A stretch of 64,000 nt of DNA from Octopus vulgaris (GCA_951406725.2 OX597832.1:11532001-11596000), one strand, 5' to 3'. Numbered from the stretch's first letter, positions 13,621 to 26,070 are shown. Notes: generated by a model not told the origin, from the sequence alone. Translations and numbers: made by a program.

Positions 13621-13957
13621 CACGTGGTTTTCATTGACGATGAAGGAGTTGGAACATTTAGGAGGATGCAGTGACCCTCAGTTGTTTAGCTCTCAACGTC
13701 TAAGTTTAGAGCAAGTCCTTCAATTACCTTCGACGTACCATTTACAAATTATCGCTTACTTTTTCTCTCCAGGTGGTAAAGGATTTAGCTTCCCCATTAG
13801 TTTAGCCTTTGTGCAGAATCAGTATTTCCCACAAGCACCCGTAATTGTTTCTTGATCTGGTTTTAGTTTAATACTTCGGCATCCCTGTTCGAACATCATT
13901 GCTGTTATCGTATGTGTTCACAAAAAGATGCATTATTATTTATTGTTACTCATATTT

Positions 13958-14244
13958 GGAGGCGCAATGGCCCAGTGGTTAGGGCAGCTGACTCGCGGTT
14001 TCGATTCCCAGACCGGGCGTTGTGTGTGTTTATTGAGCGAAAACACCTAAAAACTCCACGAGCTCCGGCAGAGCGTTGGTGACTCCTGTTGAACTCTTTC
14101 GCCACAACTTTCTCTCTTCCTGCTTCTTGAGTAACGCTGCCATGGACTGGCGTTTCGTCCAACTGGTGGGTGGGACACATACACCAACGACACCGGGGTA
14201 TTGGGCCCATGAACCTGGCTAGGCTTGAAAAGGTTAACCTTTTT
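13958..14244 (+). mobile_element. SINE family A, tail type 2 variant
   Basis: GGAGGCGCAATGGCCCAGTGGTTAGGGCAGC head; ctgccatggactggcgtttcgtcca motif; 19-bp TSD tttattgttactcatattt at 13939-13957 and 14245-14263. Confidence 0.92.
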
Positions 14245-15120
14245 TTTATTGTTACTCATATTTATCTTCACGTTACGTACAGCTGTCATTTCGAATTGTA
14301 TTCTGACTGTGGACTGATAGTGAAGTCATTACAATCTTCCAGCTTCAAAGTGCGTGCTACTGTCTTCAGTCGATTCACAAATTGCGTCTTGAACATGGTG
14401 AAGAACTGCGGCATCTCAAGTTTTCTTTAATGACCGAGATACATTTGCATCATCAGCGTTGCTATTGCAAATGGTTGTTCGTATAATTGAACGCATATCA
14501 TTGTTCCTCGTGGGCCTCAAGACTAAAGTGAGAGCGCACCAATGACAGGAATGCTGTGGATTCTGTCTCTTAAAATGTCATCCAGCTATAAATTTTAATT
14601 TCCATATGTTGAGATCATACAGGTTAGAACACATCATACCGTGGCGGATTTTCTATAAGCGTCCATTTCTGTGTGCATATGCGTGCTTGACTCTGTATGT
14701 ATACACACACACACACACAAACACACATATTTATATATGTATACATATATATGTGTGTATGTGTTTTAGTGTCTGTGTCATATAGGGGTAGGGTATTGTG
14801 CATGTAGTTGTGTTGCGCCAATTAGTGCAGGCTGTCTCACTTCAGGTGCTTGGTGTAAGCAAATGATATTCCATAGATATACTAAGTATCCGTGACATGT
14901 TGTTTTCGTTCATTGTACATTGTTACACAGAGAGAGGGTTGTAACCTGTGAATTGAATGAACTCTACAAACACTACGGATACATTAACGTAGATCCAGTG
15001 ATACTTATATCGTAACTGTGGACGACATGAGTTAGCCCAAACGGTGAATGTGCTTTAATCGACACACTGATAGACATATGTCCAAATATATTTACATACA
15101 TATATATATATATATATATA

Positions 15121-15323
15121 TCACCATTATCACTATGGACTCCGTGTGGGCAGTCATCTAAAAGTTTTTGTTCGTCATGATGCTGACATAAGTTCCTTGT
15201 CTTTGCTGATGAGAAGACGGCATAATGCACCCTTTATTCCTTCGGAATTAAGAATATGCAGTCTTCGAAACATATGTCGAGAATAAAGGAATACTGTTAA
15301 ATCGTCGTTCGACTCCTCCATTC

Positions 15324-15328
<5 letters not shown>
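15121..15328 (+). mobile_element. Penelope-like terminal repeat fragment between (TA)n tracts
   Basis: About 210-bp segment flanked on both sides by (TA)n and containing a hammerhead core; minimal type I hammerheads are typical of Penelope pseudo-LTRs. Confidence 0.55.
15193..15291 (+). ncRNA. Type I hammerhead ribozyme motif with enlarged helix II
   Basis: CTGATGA 15206-15212; helix II GAAGAC/GTCTTC (15213-15218/15261-15266); GAAA 15267-15270; palindromic helix III ACATATGT; GTC site ending 15278; imperfect helix I ttccttgtctttg/gagaataaaggaa. Confidence 0.75.
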
Positions 15329-15366
<38 letters not shown>

Positions 15367-16882
15367 CCCATTGAGAGAGGGGGAGAGGGAGGTTTTGAAA
15401 GACAGGGATAATGTGATAAATGCGTATCTAAATAACATTTAAGGATTGTGTCAAGGTAGAGTCAGTAGGCCGATGTTACTAACGCACGCACTGGATAGAG
15501 CAACTTATATTTACCATGAATTGTAATGTATCTTGCTGTAAATGGCTTAAAATTTAATATCTATCCTTAAAAAGAAATTATGAATAATGCATAATGTTCG
15601 GGACTTAATAAAATGTGTTGTTAAAAGATGCACGTTATTTCTGATTCTTATTTGAATATAACGTGTGTAAACCTAAAATTTTTTAAATAATATAGAAAAC
15701 CTCATTATAATTCACTATTTGTAAGATATTATCTTATACGATTCCCCACAAGGATGCGTATTTCTGAATCTATTCAGTTAATACTTTAGATCTTCCCTCA
15801 TTAGTTGTAATTATTCCAAACTAAATATATTTTCGCTTTAATCAAATTCTAGGAATAGCTCCAAGGTGCGAATTTCATAACCAGCGAATGCATGATTATT
15901 TTTTGACATGTAACGAGTGCATTTTTCTTTGGAACAACAGTGCCTGTCAATGAGAAGTCAACACAATGCTTTCCATTTGTTTTTAGATGAAAGATTGTTG
16001 CTAATCTAACATGCCATAACTTTGCTAATCTCGTTTTAAACATATTCCATTTCTATCATAAAGCTAAGGATTTTTTTCCTTTCAGCTGCCATCTGTAAGC
16101 GTAAAGATAATTCCTGGAGACGAAACGAAATATTTCTACATATCATCAATACATTCATACACAATATCAATTCTACAATCCATTTTTAGTAAATTATGCT
16201 CAAACGCATGCTATCCAAGTTCTCTCAGAGAATTCTCTATGATTGTCCTTCCGACATTCTCTGCATATATATCGACATATGCATATTCTGCTCTCTTTCT
16301 ATTGTTTATACATAAATATATACATTTATACTTACACACATAACAAGTATGTGTATAAGCACACATCGATCATATAATAATTGTGCTATTTGGCTTTCTA
16401 TACAATTTCCGACTTAACAATTTTCAGTGACAAGCTATTGGCCAAATCGAAGCAATAGTACAGGCATGCTTTAAGTGTTGTACTGCACGATCAAATCCTA
16501 TAAGTCTGTGTTTGCGAAACATACTTTATGACCAGACTGTTTTATCTGAGTTAAGATCTTTATATAATAAAGATCGAATATTCTGTAATATCTAACGATC
16601 ACCGTTTCATTTCCATTATTGCCGACGCGTTACCCACTAGAAATCAGGAAATGTATATATTGATAAGTGATAAAACGAACAAAGGAAATTATAGCATTTG
16701 ATAACAGGTCTGATGAATGAGATAGCATCTGCTTTAGACAACAATCCAACGAAAGGTTGGCAAGTAAATCTCATTCATTGTTAGGGAATTCAGGTGGATT
16801 CAAGTAACTGTTCACAACAAATTATATGTTTTGATTTGATGTTCAAAATGTTCTCTCATTTCATTATTACTGCCTTTATCAA

Positions 16883-17103
16883 AGTGGCGATTTGGCGGAA
16901 TCGTTAGCACGCCGGGCAAAATGCTTAACAGTATATCGTCCGTCTTTACGTTCTGAGTTCAAATTCCGCCTAAGTCGACTTTGCCTTTCATCCATTCAGG
17001 GTAAATAAAATTAAGTACCAGTGAAGTACTGGGATCGATGTGATCGACTTTCCACCCACCGGCAAAATTTCCCGCATTGTACTTATAGTACAAAAGATTG
17101 TTA
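16883..17103 (+). mobile_element. SINE family C, near full length
   Basis: tggcggaatcgttagcacgccgggc head, gagttcaaattcc B box, gtcgactttgcctttcatcc...aagtaccag core. Confidence 0.88.
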
Positions 17104-17414
17104 CTATCTCTATGACTCAACTAAGCATGTATACATACATACCAGTTGGCAAATGACCTGGTTTTGAATGCGGAACAATTACTTGTGTGTATAGTTCTCG
17201 AATAATCACGCCCATAAATTTAGAGAGTTATGCGATTACACGATGGCGAAGAAACAATTCTAAACCAATTACAATTAGTATCGCATATTTCTGGCGGTAA
17301 TCAAGATTAATTGCTCAACTTTTAATTAATTCTTGTAATGGAACCTGTAAAACTGTAGCGTCCAAATGTATCAGACTTAATCATCTCTCTCACAAAAGTA
17401 TTAGCGTAAACCAT

Positions 17415-17433
17415 TATGTATATGATACATATG

Positions 17434-17480
<47 letters not shown>

Positions 17481-17518
17481 ATATATATATATTTACACAA
17501 ATACATATGACATATATA

Positions 17519-17574
<56 letters not shown>

Positions 17575-17700
17575 CACACACAGAGACATATATATATATA
17601 TGTGTTTATGTATATATATATGTGTACATATACACACACAGAGACACATGTAGTATATATATATATATATATATACAACACACACACATACATATATATG

Positions 17701-17746
<46 letters not shown>

Positions 17747-17765
17747 TATATATGCATGCGTGTAT
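17415..17765. repeat. Compound (TA)n/(CA)n/(TG)n microsatellite
   Basis: Direct inspection. Confidence 0.9.
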
Positions 17766-18480
17766 AGATGAGTAAGTGTGTCATATAATTTATATACAGT
17801 ATCTAAACAGATAACTTTAACAAGTACCATACATATATATGCGCTGGTTTATAGACGACATATCGTTCTACAGCTGTTGTTTTACCAAGTCGGTAATTAA
17901 ACAGAGATGTGAGCAGGGTGTCCGAGCTTGGAACGATGCACGCAGTAAAGGAATGCACAATAAATAATTTCACAAGACACTGCATAGGTTATACTTCATT
18001 TGACTTTCAAATAAATTTAGTAGATACTAGCCTGTATGTTTTATGCTAATTTGGTTGATCATTCGATGGAGAGGCATCATTGTCACGAGTTTGCATGTGA
18101 AATAGCGAATCACACAGTGTAATAATATCTCTAATCTCTGTGGAACATTCAGTGATCGATATTACTGACACTTCAGATGTAATACAAATGCAAACCATTC
18201 GACGTGTCACACTGAATCCCCATTGTAATTGCTAACAGCAACTTACAAATTCCATTCGGAGAACAGAAACCAGCGTTTCAGAATATATACTTTTGCGTCG
18301 AAAGTCATTTTTAATTATGTACTTAAAACGCAGCTGAAATATATTTCTGATAACAAACAGGAATATAAAGTTGACTGACTGACTAATTAAAACGGTTTAC
18401 AATATGAATGAATGGTATAGAAGTAAGACATGGTAAGGGTGACAAAATTATAATTATGTCTCGTATATATATATATATAC

Positions 18481-18645
18481 GGGCAGGAATGGTTGTCTGG
18501 TTAACAGGCTCGCTTTCCAGACATGTTGTTGTTCCAATTTGAGTCCCACTGCGTGAAACCTAAGTAGAGTGTTGGCTACTCTAGCCCCGGCTGGACCACT
18601 AATTTGTCAGTGAATTTGGCAGACGTTTACTGTGTCAAAAACGTG
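18481..18645 (+). mobile_element. SINE family B 5' half, decayed, followed by microsatellites to about 19145
   Basis: gcaggaatggttgtctggttaa...agtcccactgcgtg...tgaatttggcagacg matches 20878-21000. Confidence 0.7.
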
Positions 18646-18778
18646 GTATCTATCTATCTACCTATCTATCAACCTGCCTACCTACCTCTCTCCATCTCTC
18701 TCTCTCTCTCTCATTCACCGAGCAACAAGTTAATACATGTCCTGTGGACGTCCACTTGTATGTATCTCTATCTATCTA

Positions 18779-18810
<32 letters not shown>

Positions 18811-18910
18811 GCTATATGTATATATATATGTGTGTATGTATGTTTGTGTGTGTATATATATGTATATATATATGTGTATATATATGTGTATATATATGTA
18901 TATATATGTG

Positions 18911-18941
<31 letters not shown>

Positions 18942-18970
18942 ATATGTATATATGTGTGTGTGTATATGTA

Positions 18971-19013
<43 letters not shown>

Positions 19014-19088
19014 GTATATATATATATGTGTGTTTATATATATATATGTGTGTTTATATATATATATGTGTGTATATGTATATATATG

Positions 19089-19145
<57 letters not shown>

Positions 19146-19239
19146 AACTGAATCTTATATATATTTGGGCTGCGTTATTCTGAAGATCCTTCTCTCTCTT
19201 AAGGTTAATGGTTCATGTTTCATGGTGCTTTTTTTCCGT

Positions 19240-19593
19240 TTGTATTATAACATTCATTGATGTTGCATATCCAACGAATCAACTCCAGGACTTTTATTTC
19301 AAGCCTAGTTCTTATTTTATCGATCACTTTTGCTGAGCCACTAAGTGAAGAAGTAAACACACCAACACCGGCTGTGAAGCGGTGTTAGGGAAAACAGACA
19401 CAAAGATACACACATACATAAATTATATACAACTGGTTCCTTTCAGTTTCCGTCTAACAAATTCACCCTCGAGGCTTTGATTGACCCGGGGCTTTGATGG
19501 AAGACATTTGTTGAAGGTGTTTCACAGTCGGACTGAACTAGGAAACATGTGGTTAGGAAGCAAACTTCTTACCACACAGCCACGCCTGCGCCT
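19240..19593 (-). mobile_element. SINE family B
   Basis: Reverse complement of aggcgcaggcgtggctgtgtggtaagaag head; tttcagtttccgtcta core. Confidence 0.85.
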
Positions 19594-20486
19594 TACTTCA
19601 TATAGTTTCAACAATACCGAATTTTAAGCATCTTCCTTTTTCACCAACCGCAAATTTCTAATCTTTAATCTTAGAAATAGATATTGAGTGAGCTTATTGT
19701 TTCGACAGATGATCTGCATTGCGTACGAACTGAAATTGCGCATTAAATAAATGGCTATAAATCATTTTGTACACATTCTTATTGTGCATTAAGAATGCAC
19801 ATATTAGCTAATTAGTATTTTAATTATAATAATGCAAATACAGCTTTATAAATAATTTCATGAATTCCTTTATCGCATGCGTAATCGTGTATGAACTAAA
19901 GTAGTATTTTTAATCAGACATGAGAAAATCTAAATTGCGAATGCGTATTAAAATATGTAAATTATAAGATGTGTACTTTATGTTTAGGCAGCTAGCAATC
20001 ATAGACAATTTCTTTATTGCTATTTCTTTACTGATATATTCGTACAAGTATGTCAGTTTCTCTTGAGATACTCATGTGAAGACTGCTAAGTGATGGAAAA
20101 TGCATCGCTAAGCAGTTAGTATTTCCTTGTCTTCTTAAATTACTTAAATCCTTCGCTGCTTTAGCAATTTTGCAGTTTCTGTATCATTTCTTTCTATCAT
20201 ACTGACGTAAACATGTCATACTGAAAGCTTATCAAGCCACTATATTTTGTGCGAATAAAACGGTTTCATTTCGGCTATTCTGTATCGCTTTTGAATAATA
20301 TAGATGTAACAAGATTATATTGATATTTAGCGGGAAAATTTACATTTTCATCCTTGTTCACAATTGGCAAATGCGTAGATATCTTCGTTTCTAATGAAGA
20401 AACATTATACGCCAGCGCATATCAATTTAAAGTTTTCTGGCGTTATTTAATCTCAAGAAGAAGAGTTAAAATATTTTGTTGCTGTC

Positions 20487-20632
20487 TATGGAATTGAAAT
20501 GTTGTTTCAAACATGTTAAAGAAGATTTGATCAATTCTATTTCGCTGCGCATAATGAAGTATGGAATTGATATGATGTCTTAAACAGGCCGAGGAATACT
20601 TGGTCAATTCTATTTCGCTCTGCATAATGATG
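20487..20632. repeat. Two tandem 73-bp diverged direct repeats
   Basis: tatggaattga...caattctatttcgct..gcataatga at 20487-20559 and 20560-20632. Confidence 0.85.
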
Positions 20633-20874
20633 AACTGAGGTATAAATGAAGAAAATCAATACAATCCAATTTGTGTTATAACTAGCGGGACCCATCAATA
20701 TTTTAAGTTGTATAAATGTTCTTGTTTCTATTGTGATGCATAACTTTATATATTTACATATCATTGTTTCCTTATGGTGAAAATTTCTCCTTTTAGATAT
20801 AGTTTTGTATTTGAGGTTGTGTAAAGCGCAACACGTGCACATGTTCGCCATATTTTAAAACTTTTTATAAGCTT

Positions 20875-21263
20875 AGGCGCAGGAGTGGCTGTGTGGTAAG
20901 TAACTTGCTTACCAGCCACATGGTTCCGGTTTCAGTCCCTCTACGTGGCACATTGGGCAAGTATCTTCTACTATAGACTTGTGAGTGGATTTGGTAGACG
21001 GAAACTGAAAGAAACCCGTCATATATATGTATATATGTATATATATGTGTGTGTGTGTGTTTGTGTGTCTGTGTTTGTTCCCCCAACATCGATTGACAAC
21101 CGATGCTGGTGTGTTTACATCCCCGTTACTTAGCGGTTCGGCAAAAGAGACCGACAGAATAAGTACTAGGTTTCCAAAGAATAAGCCCTGGGATCGATTT
21201 TCTCGACTAAAGGCGGTGCTCCAGCATGGCCGCAGCCAAATGACTGAAATAAGTAAAAGAGTA
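20875..21263 (+). mobile_element. Full-length SINE family B (tRNA head, internal TA/TG microsatellite)
   Basis: aggcgcaggagtggctgtgtggtaag head; ggcacattgggcaagt motif; tail ggcggtgctccagcatggccgcag...aagtaaaagag; matches 29466-29870 and 44848-45237. Confidence 0.92.
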
Positions 21264-21685
21264 AACTTGTAAAAGTCAGAAAAGTGAACACGCATACAGA
21301 AACACATATTTTAACACGCGTGCACACACACACACACTCACACACACATGCACGCACACACGCACACACGCCCATGCACTCACTCACACCCACAAACGCA
21401 CATCTATGAACGTGTGCGTGTGTGTGCATAAGGAAGCACTTGCTTTCGTCAACCGCCTTAATTCTCTCGTCAATGAAATGCACACGTTCACAGTTAAGTT
21501 TCTAACCCATTTGAATCAAACTCCTCAGCTCTAAGGACTGTTCATAATTAACACAATAGAAGTATTTTATGCACTATTGATATCCTACTAATGATTGGAA
21601 ATGAAAGGGTTTCTAATTTAATCCCTAGACAATTTTGAAGTGAGGAAATAAGTCCATACCACGGACTAACGTGCTTGACTGGTAT

Positions 21686-21920
21686 TCTTATTTCTTTATT
21701 GCCCACAAGGGGCTAAACATAGAGAGGACAAACAAGGACGGACAAAGTTATTAAGTCGATTACATCGACCCCAGTGCTCAACTGGTACTTTATTTATCGA
21801 CCCCGAAAGGATGAAAGGCAAAGTCGACCTCGGTGGAATTTGAACTCAGAACGTAACAGCAGACAAAATACCGCAAAACATTTCGCCCGGCGTGCTAACG
21901 ATTCTGACATCTCGCCACCC
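21686..21920 (-). mobile_element. SINE family C with alternative tail, nested in an older family C copy (about 21600-22075)
   Basis: ctggtactttatttatcgaccccgaaaggatgaaaggcaaagtcgacc core; degenerate TSD ttgactggtattct/ttgctggaattct; older core resumes at 21934. Confidence 0.85.
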
Positions 21921-22914
21921 TTGCTGGAATTCTATTTACCGACTCTGGTTGGATGAAAGGTAAAGCTATCTTCTTAGGAATTTTAAACCACGAGGACAAA
22001 AGCCTGAACAAATACTAACGACAGCACATTGTTTCTCCTTTTTCTGAGAGTCTAACTATTCTGCCACTTAGCAGTTCTTGATTGGAAATAATTGAATGAA
22101 ATCTTATACAGAAATAGAAATGTACTCACGTTAGTAACAACTGAAATAACATCTTACATACATTTCAAATCACCAGCTTAGAAATGAAATTATTAATTGC
22201 ATATACAAAAGTTCATATGATAGTAGAAACGCCAAGTTACGGGAATAAGAACGAATATATATTTGCGAAAGAATTATGTTTACTGAACAGGACATCGTGA
22301 CTTTATGTTACAAAATTCCACCTCACACGTTCGTCTATTTGTCATTGCATTTCTTTGCACAGAAATTGCTTTTTGCATATTTTCATCTGTATAAACGTAA
22401 TGAGATTTCGTGTCTTCAGTGCGTTGTTCATACAATTCTCATAACTCAGGAAATGTCTTTTTTATAATGTTTTAGTACCAATGAGTACATAAACGTTGCG
22501 ATTTTTTATTATTATATGACTGTGTTACTGAGCATCGCAAACAAATTATGTGCTAAATATTGCCACCAGTTGGTAGCAAGAAACTTAATAAACAGAAAAG
22601 GTTGGCCATGCAATACTTTAATAATTCCGATCATATTATTAAAAGAGCAAAAGCTGTAAAAATGTCAAAAACAGACATCGTGCATTTCGGATTGCATAAT
22701 GGGAAAGCGTGCCCTATAAGAAGAATCATTCTTAATATTTTAATGAATTCAATATTAATTTCTAGGTACCATGGGATAGTATATAGTAAGGTGTCTCTAT
22801 ATGTTTCTAATTGACTGGAGAAACCATTTCGCTGAGTACTTCCGGGATGGCTCCTATAGTTATATTCACTATTATCTGTAAGGGAGACTTTAGCTCAAAA
22901 ACTTGATGACTTCG

Positions 22915-22964
<50 letters not shown>

Positions 22965-22966
<2 letters not shown>

Positions 22967-23143
22967 TTATAAATAAGGGCAAACGAAAAAATTTCTAATG
23001 CCAATATGCCGAAATTAGACACATTGTCCTTGTCGACCTTTTTCGAGTAGCGTGCTTGTGTTAAATTATATGGTTATAGATAATGTGTCTAATTTCGGCA
23101 TATTTGGCATTAGAAAGTTTTTCGTTTGCCCTTATTTATAAGT
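22965..23143. repeat. Near-perfect 61-bp inverted repeat with 56-bp spacer (MITE-like) between (TA)n tracts
   Basis: acttataaataagggcaaacgaaaaa...tagacacatt (22965-23025) versus aatgtgtcta...cccttatttataagt (23082-23143); one mismatch and one 1-nt indel. Confidence 0.9.
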
Positions 23144-23227
23144 TGTTTATAAACTTAACCTTTAAAGGTATTTTTTAATATGCTGGCCATTGATAAATTT
23201 TTTTCGAAAAAATTTTATCCTACATTA

Positions 23228-23286
<59 letters not shown>

Positions 23287-23776
23287 TTTAAAAGACATGA
23301 AAGTTATTCCAATCGCATAGAAAATATATTTGCGTGATCGTACTAGATAGTTTCTTGTTACACTGGCAAATCTTTATATATTTTGCGTAAATATACGGCG
23401 ACTTAACTCAAATTCTATAGACAATTTTTTTATATCTTCGGTCAATGTCCTTATGCATATATTGACAAATTCATTAGAGAGTACAGCAAAATTGTTCGTA
23501 GTATTTGACCATATATTCTGCACACTGCATTCAAATCTCACGGAGCTGCAAAAACGTTGGATGGAAGTCTCTGAATCAGGATGACTTCCGGCTATTTGTA
23601 TACTCAGTTCAGTTCCTGATATGTCTTTCATGAGTAACAGGCTTCGCTCGTAACCCAATTTAACTCAACGACCCAGCACATTTGGTGTCTTTAACGGTGT
23701 CTACTCAGGAGCAAGCATTCAGAGCATGTTTCCAGTTTGAAGATAGCATCCCCTTTCAAGGTATCTCTATCTGGCC

Positions 23777-23810
<34 letters not shown>

Positions 23811-25074
23811 ATGTGTGTGTTTCCGTGTGTGTGTGTATAGAAAAGATCGGGAAATTAGGCAATGAATTCCATTAGCTTACAGCTGTTTCTGCCACAAGAT
23901 ACAATGCAGCCAGAGCTGAATTCATGTGCATCACTTAGCTTTGTCGGACCTTCTATACTGAAATGCAATTTCGTAACTTCCTGTCCCTGGATCATGTACA
24001 TACATACTTCCATGTTACACTCCGTACCCAAAGTAACGCTATATTCTGAAGCATATGTAACTGTGTTCTGATGCAAGATCGTTCTTTCGTGGTCTAAGCA
24101 ACACGTGAATATACATATACATGCGTGTGTGTGTGTGTGTGTGTTCGCGCGCGTGTGTACTTTCTTTATGGGTTAATAACGTTACCATTGGTTTCATGCT
24201 GCGCACCCTCAACAATTATTAAGTCTGCCACATTGGAACGTTGATACTCGCCTCTGTCTTGGATGAGAAAACAGAGTTAGACAGAGAGGCAGACAGACAG
24301 ATAGATAGATACATATATACATACTTAAATACATACATACAACAAATATAAGCGTATATTTATATTATGCTCACACACACACTCACAAACACAAACATAT
24401 ATTTATTTAATGCACGTGCCTCTTGCACGTGCAAGTGGTGCATAACTTAATTTATCTAAAACTATTAATACGTATATCTGTCAACCTATCTCTCTCTGTC
24501 TCTCTCTCCATATATATATATATACGCACATATATATACATGTCATTAGGCGTGTGTCATTATGCGTATTAAGTAACATCTGTGTGCACCAGCAGATGCG
24601 TGTAACTTGTGCTATTTTAGTTTGTTTAAGATAATATATATTACAAGTCTCTTGCTGTTTCACTTTCCGGTGTATTCATTTCTAAAGTATTTTGCAGGAT
24701 TCATTCTGAAATAATTTTAGTACCATATTTGGAGGGCTTCACTATTTTTACGAACTTATGTGTCATTAATTATTGGAGTCAGTTCAAGGGGCAGTGGAAA
24801 TGAAAACAAATTTTAACCGGTACGAACTTAGAAATGTAATTTGAAAGATGAAAGTTTTTGCCTACTGTATTTAATGAACAGATTTGAACATGGAACTTTG
24901 TTTCTTTAAATGCCGAGAATTAGATTAATAATAATAATAATAACAACAATAATAATAATAATAGTTATTATTATTATTATTATTGTTGTTGTCTTTTTAT
25001 TATTTTAATTAATATTATTATTACCATCATCATTATCATACATACATATGTATGTATGTATATATATATATATC

Positions 25075-25232
25075 GGAGTAAACACATAAATGTGAAACAA
25101 GGTGGAAAAAAGAGTACTCAAATACCAGGGGTAGAGTAATATGCTCTCGGAGTTTCTCGTTCGACGAACGGGAATGTGAAACTCCGAGTAACAGGTTTTG
25201 TTGAATTTCTGCTGCTTTTATATAAAGTATAT
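25075..25232. mobile_element. Rearranged Penelope-like terminal fragment with internal hairpin
   Basis: Follows (TA)n; ctcggagtttc...gaaactccgag hairpin enclosing a degenerate core-like cgacgaacgggaatgtgaaac. Confidence 0.45.
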
Positions 25233-25302
25233 GTATATGTTAATGACCACTTAACATACATTTAACATACGTACCTTGTGTATTTACCGGTATATTGTGG
25301 TA

Positions 25303-25506
25303 TGGCGTAGTGAAGATTAGTCTTTCAAAGAGCCGGGTATTAAAATACCTGAAATTCATGGGCAGGCGAGATAACTCACATCTAATTCTGTCTAGGAGCG
25401 ATGGGCATCGCGCCTCAATGGGAACGAAGGTGAATTGTCTTGCTCGTCCATGAATCTCAGGTGTTTTAACATTTAAGATTTTGAGAGAGTATCCTCCACT
25501 ACACCA
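25303..25506. repeat. Spacer-less diverged palindrome (about 100-bp arms, about 70% identity)
   Basis: ttaaaatacctgaaattcatggg pairs with tccatgaatctcaggtgttttaa; centre gcgatg-gg-catcgc at 25398-25411; ends symmetric about 25404.5. Confidence 0.85.
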
Positions 25507-26070
25507 AGGCAGCCGACCAGCAAGAACGATATATTTCTGGACTAAGTATACGTGATCGATAACCATAGTATACATTAGTACTGCTTCTAATTTATGTATC
25601 TTTATTGATTTATAATTCAATCAATCATCAAATAAAACAACCTATCTACGTATCTATTTGTCTATCTATACATGTGTGTGTTTTTAGTATGCATGTGTGG
25701 CCGTTATTTGTATGTGTGCACGTGTATTTAGTAGTAAAACGGAATCTTCTAATGACAGAAGCAGTGTAATGACTGAAAAGTCGAGAGTTACGTGCATGGG
25801 GCTTCTCACACGAAAAGTTTCACCTTTAAATCACCTTCATTCACCTTGTAACACCTGCCAATTAATAGTAACAATTATACTACTGCTGCTACAATAATAC
25901 TGCTGCTACTACTACTACTGTTGCTGCAGCTGCTACTACTGATAATGATGATGATGCTGAAGATGATGCGGAGGAGGAGCATGAGGATGACGACGAGGAG
26001 AAAGATAAAAGCAGCAGCAGCTGTAGTAGTAGTAGTAGCAGTAGGAATTATGAATATATATATATATATA

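Noticed and set aside
13460-13855. 131-aa ORF and a strong acceptor at 13772
   Set aside because: The first third is SINE sequence, the rest has no recognisable domain, and there is no convincing donor
23374-24076. ORFs of 69-94 aa in unique-looking sequence
   Set aside because: No recognisable motif or splice framing; probably old TE debris
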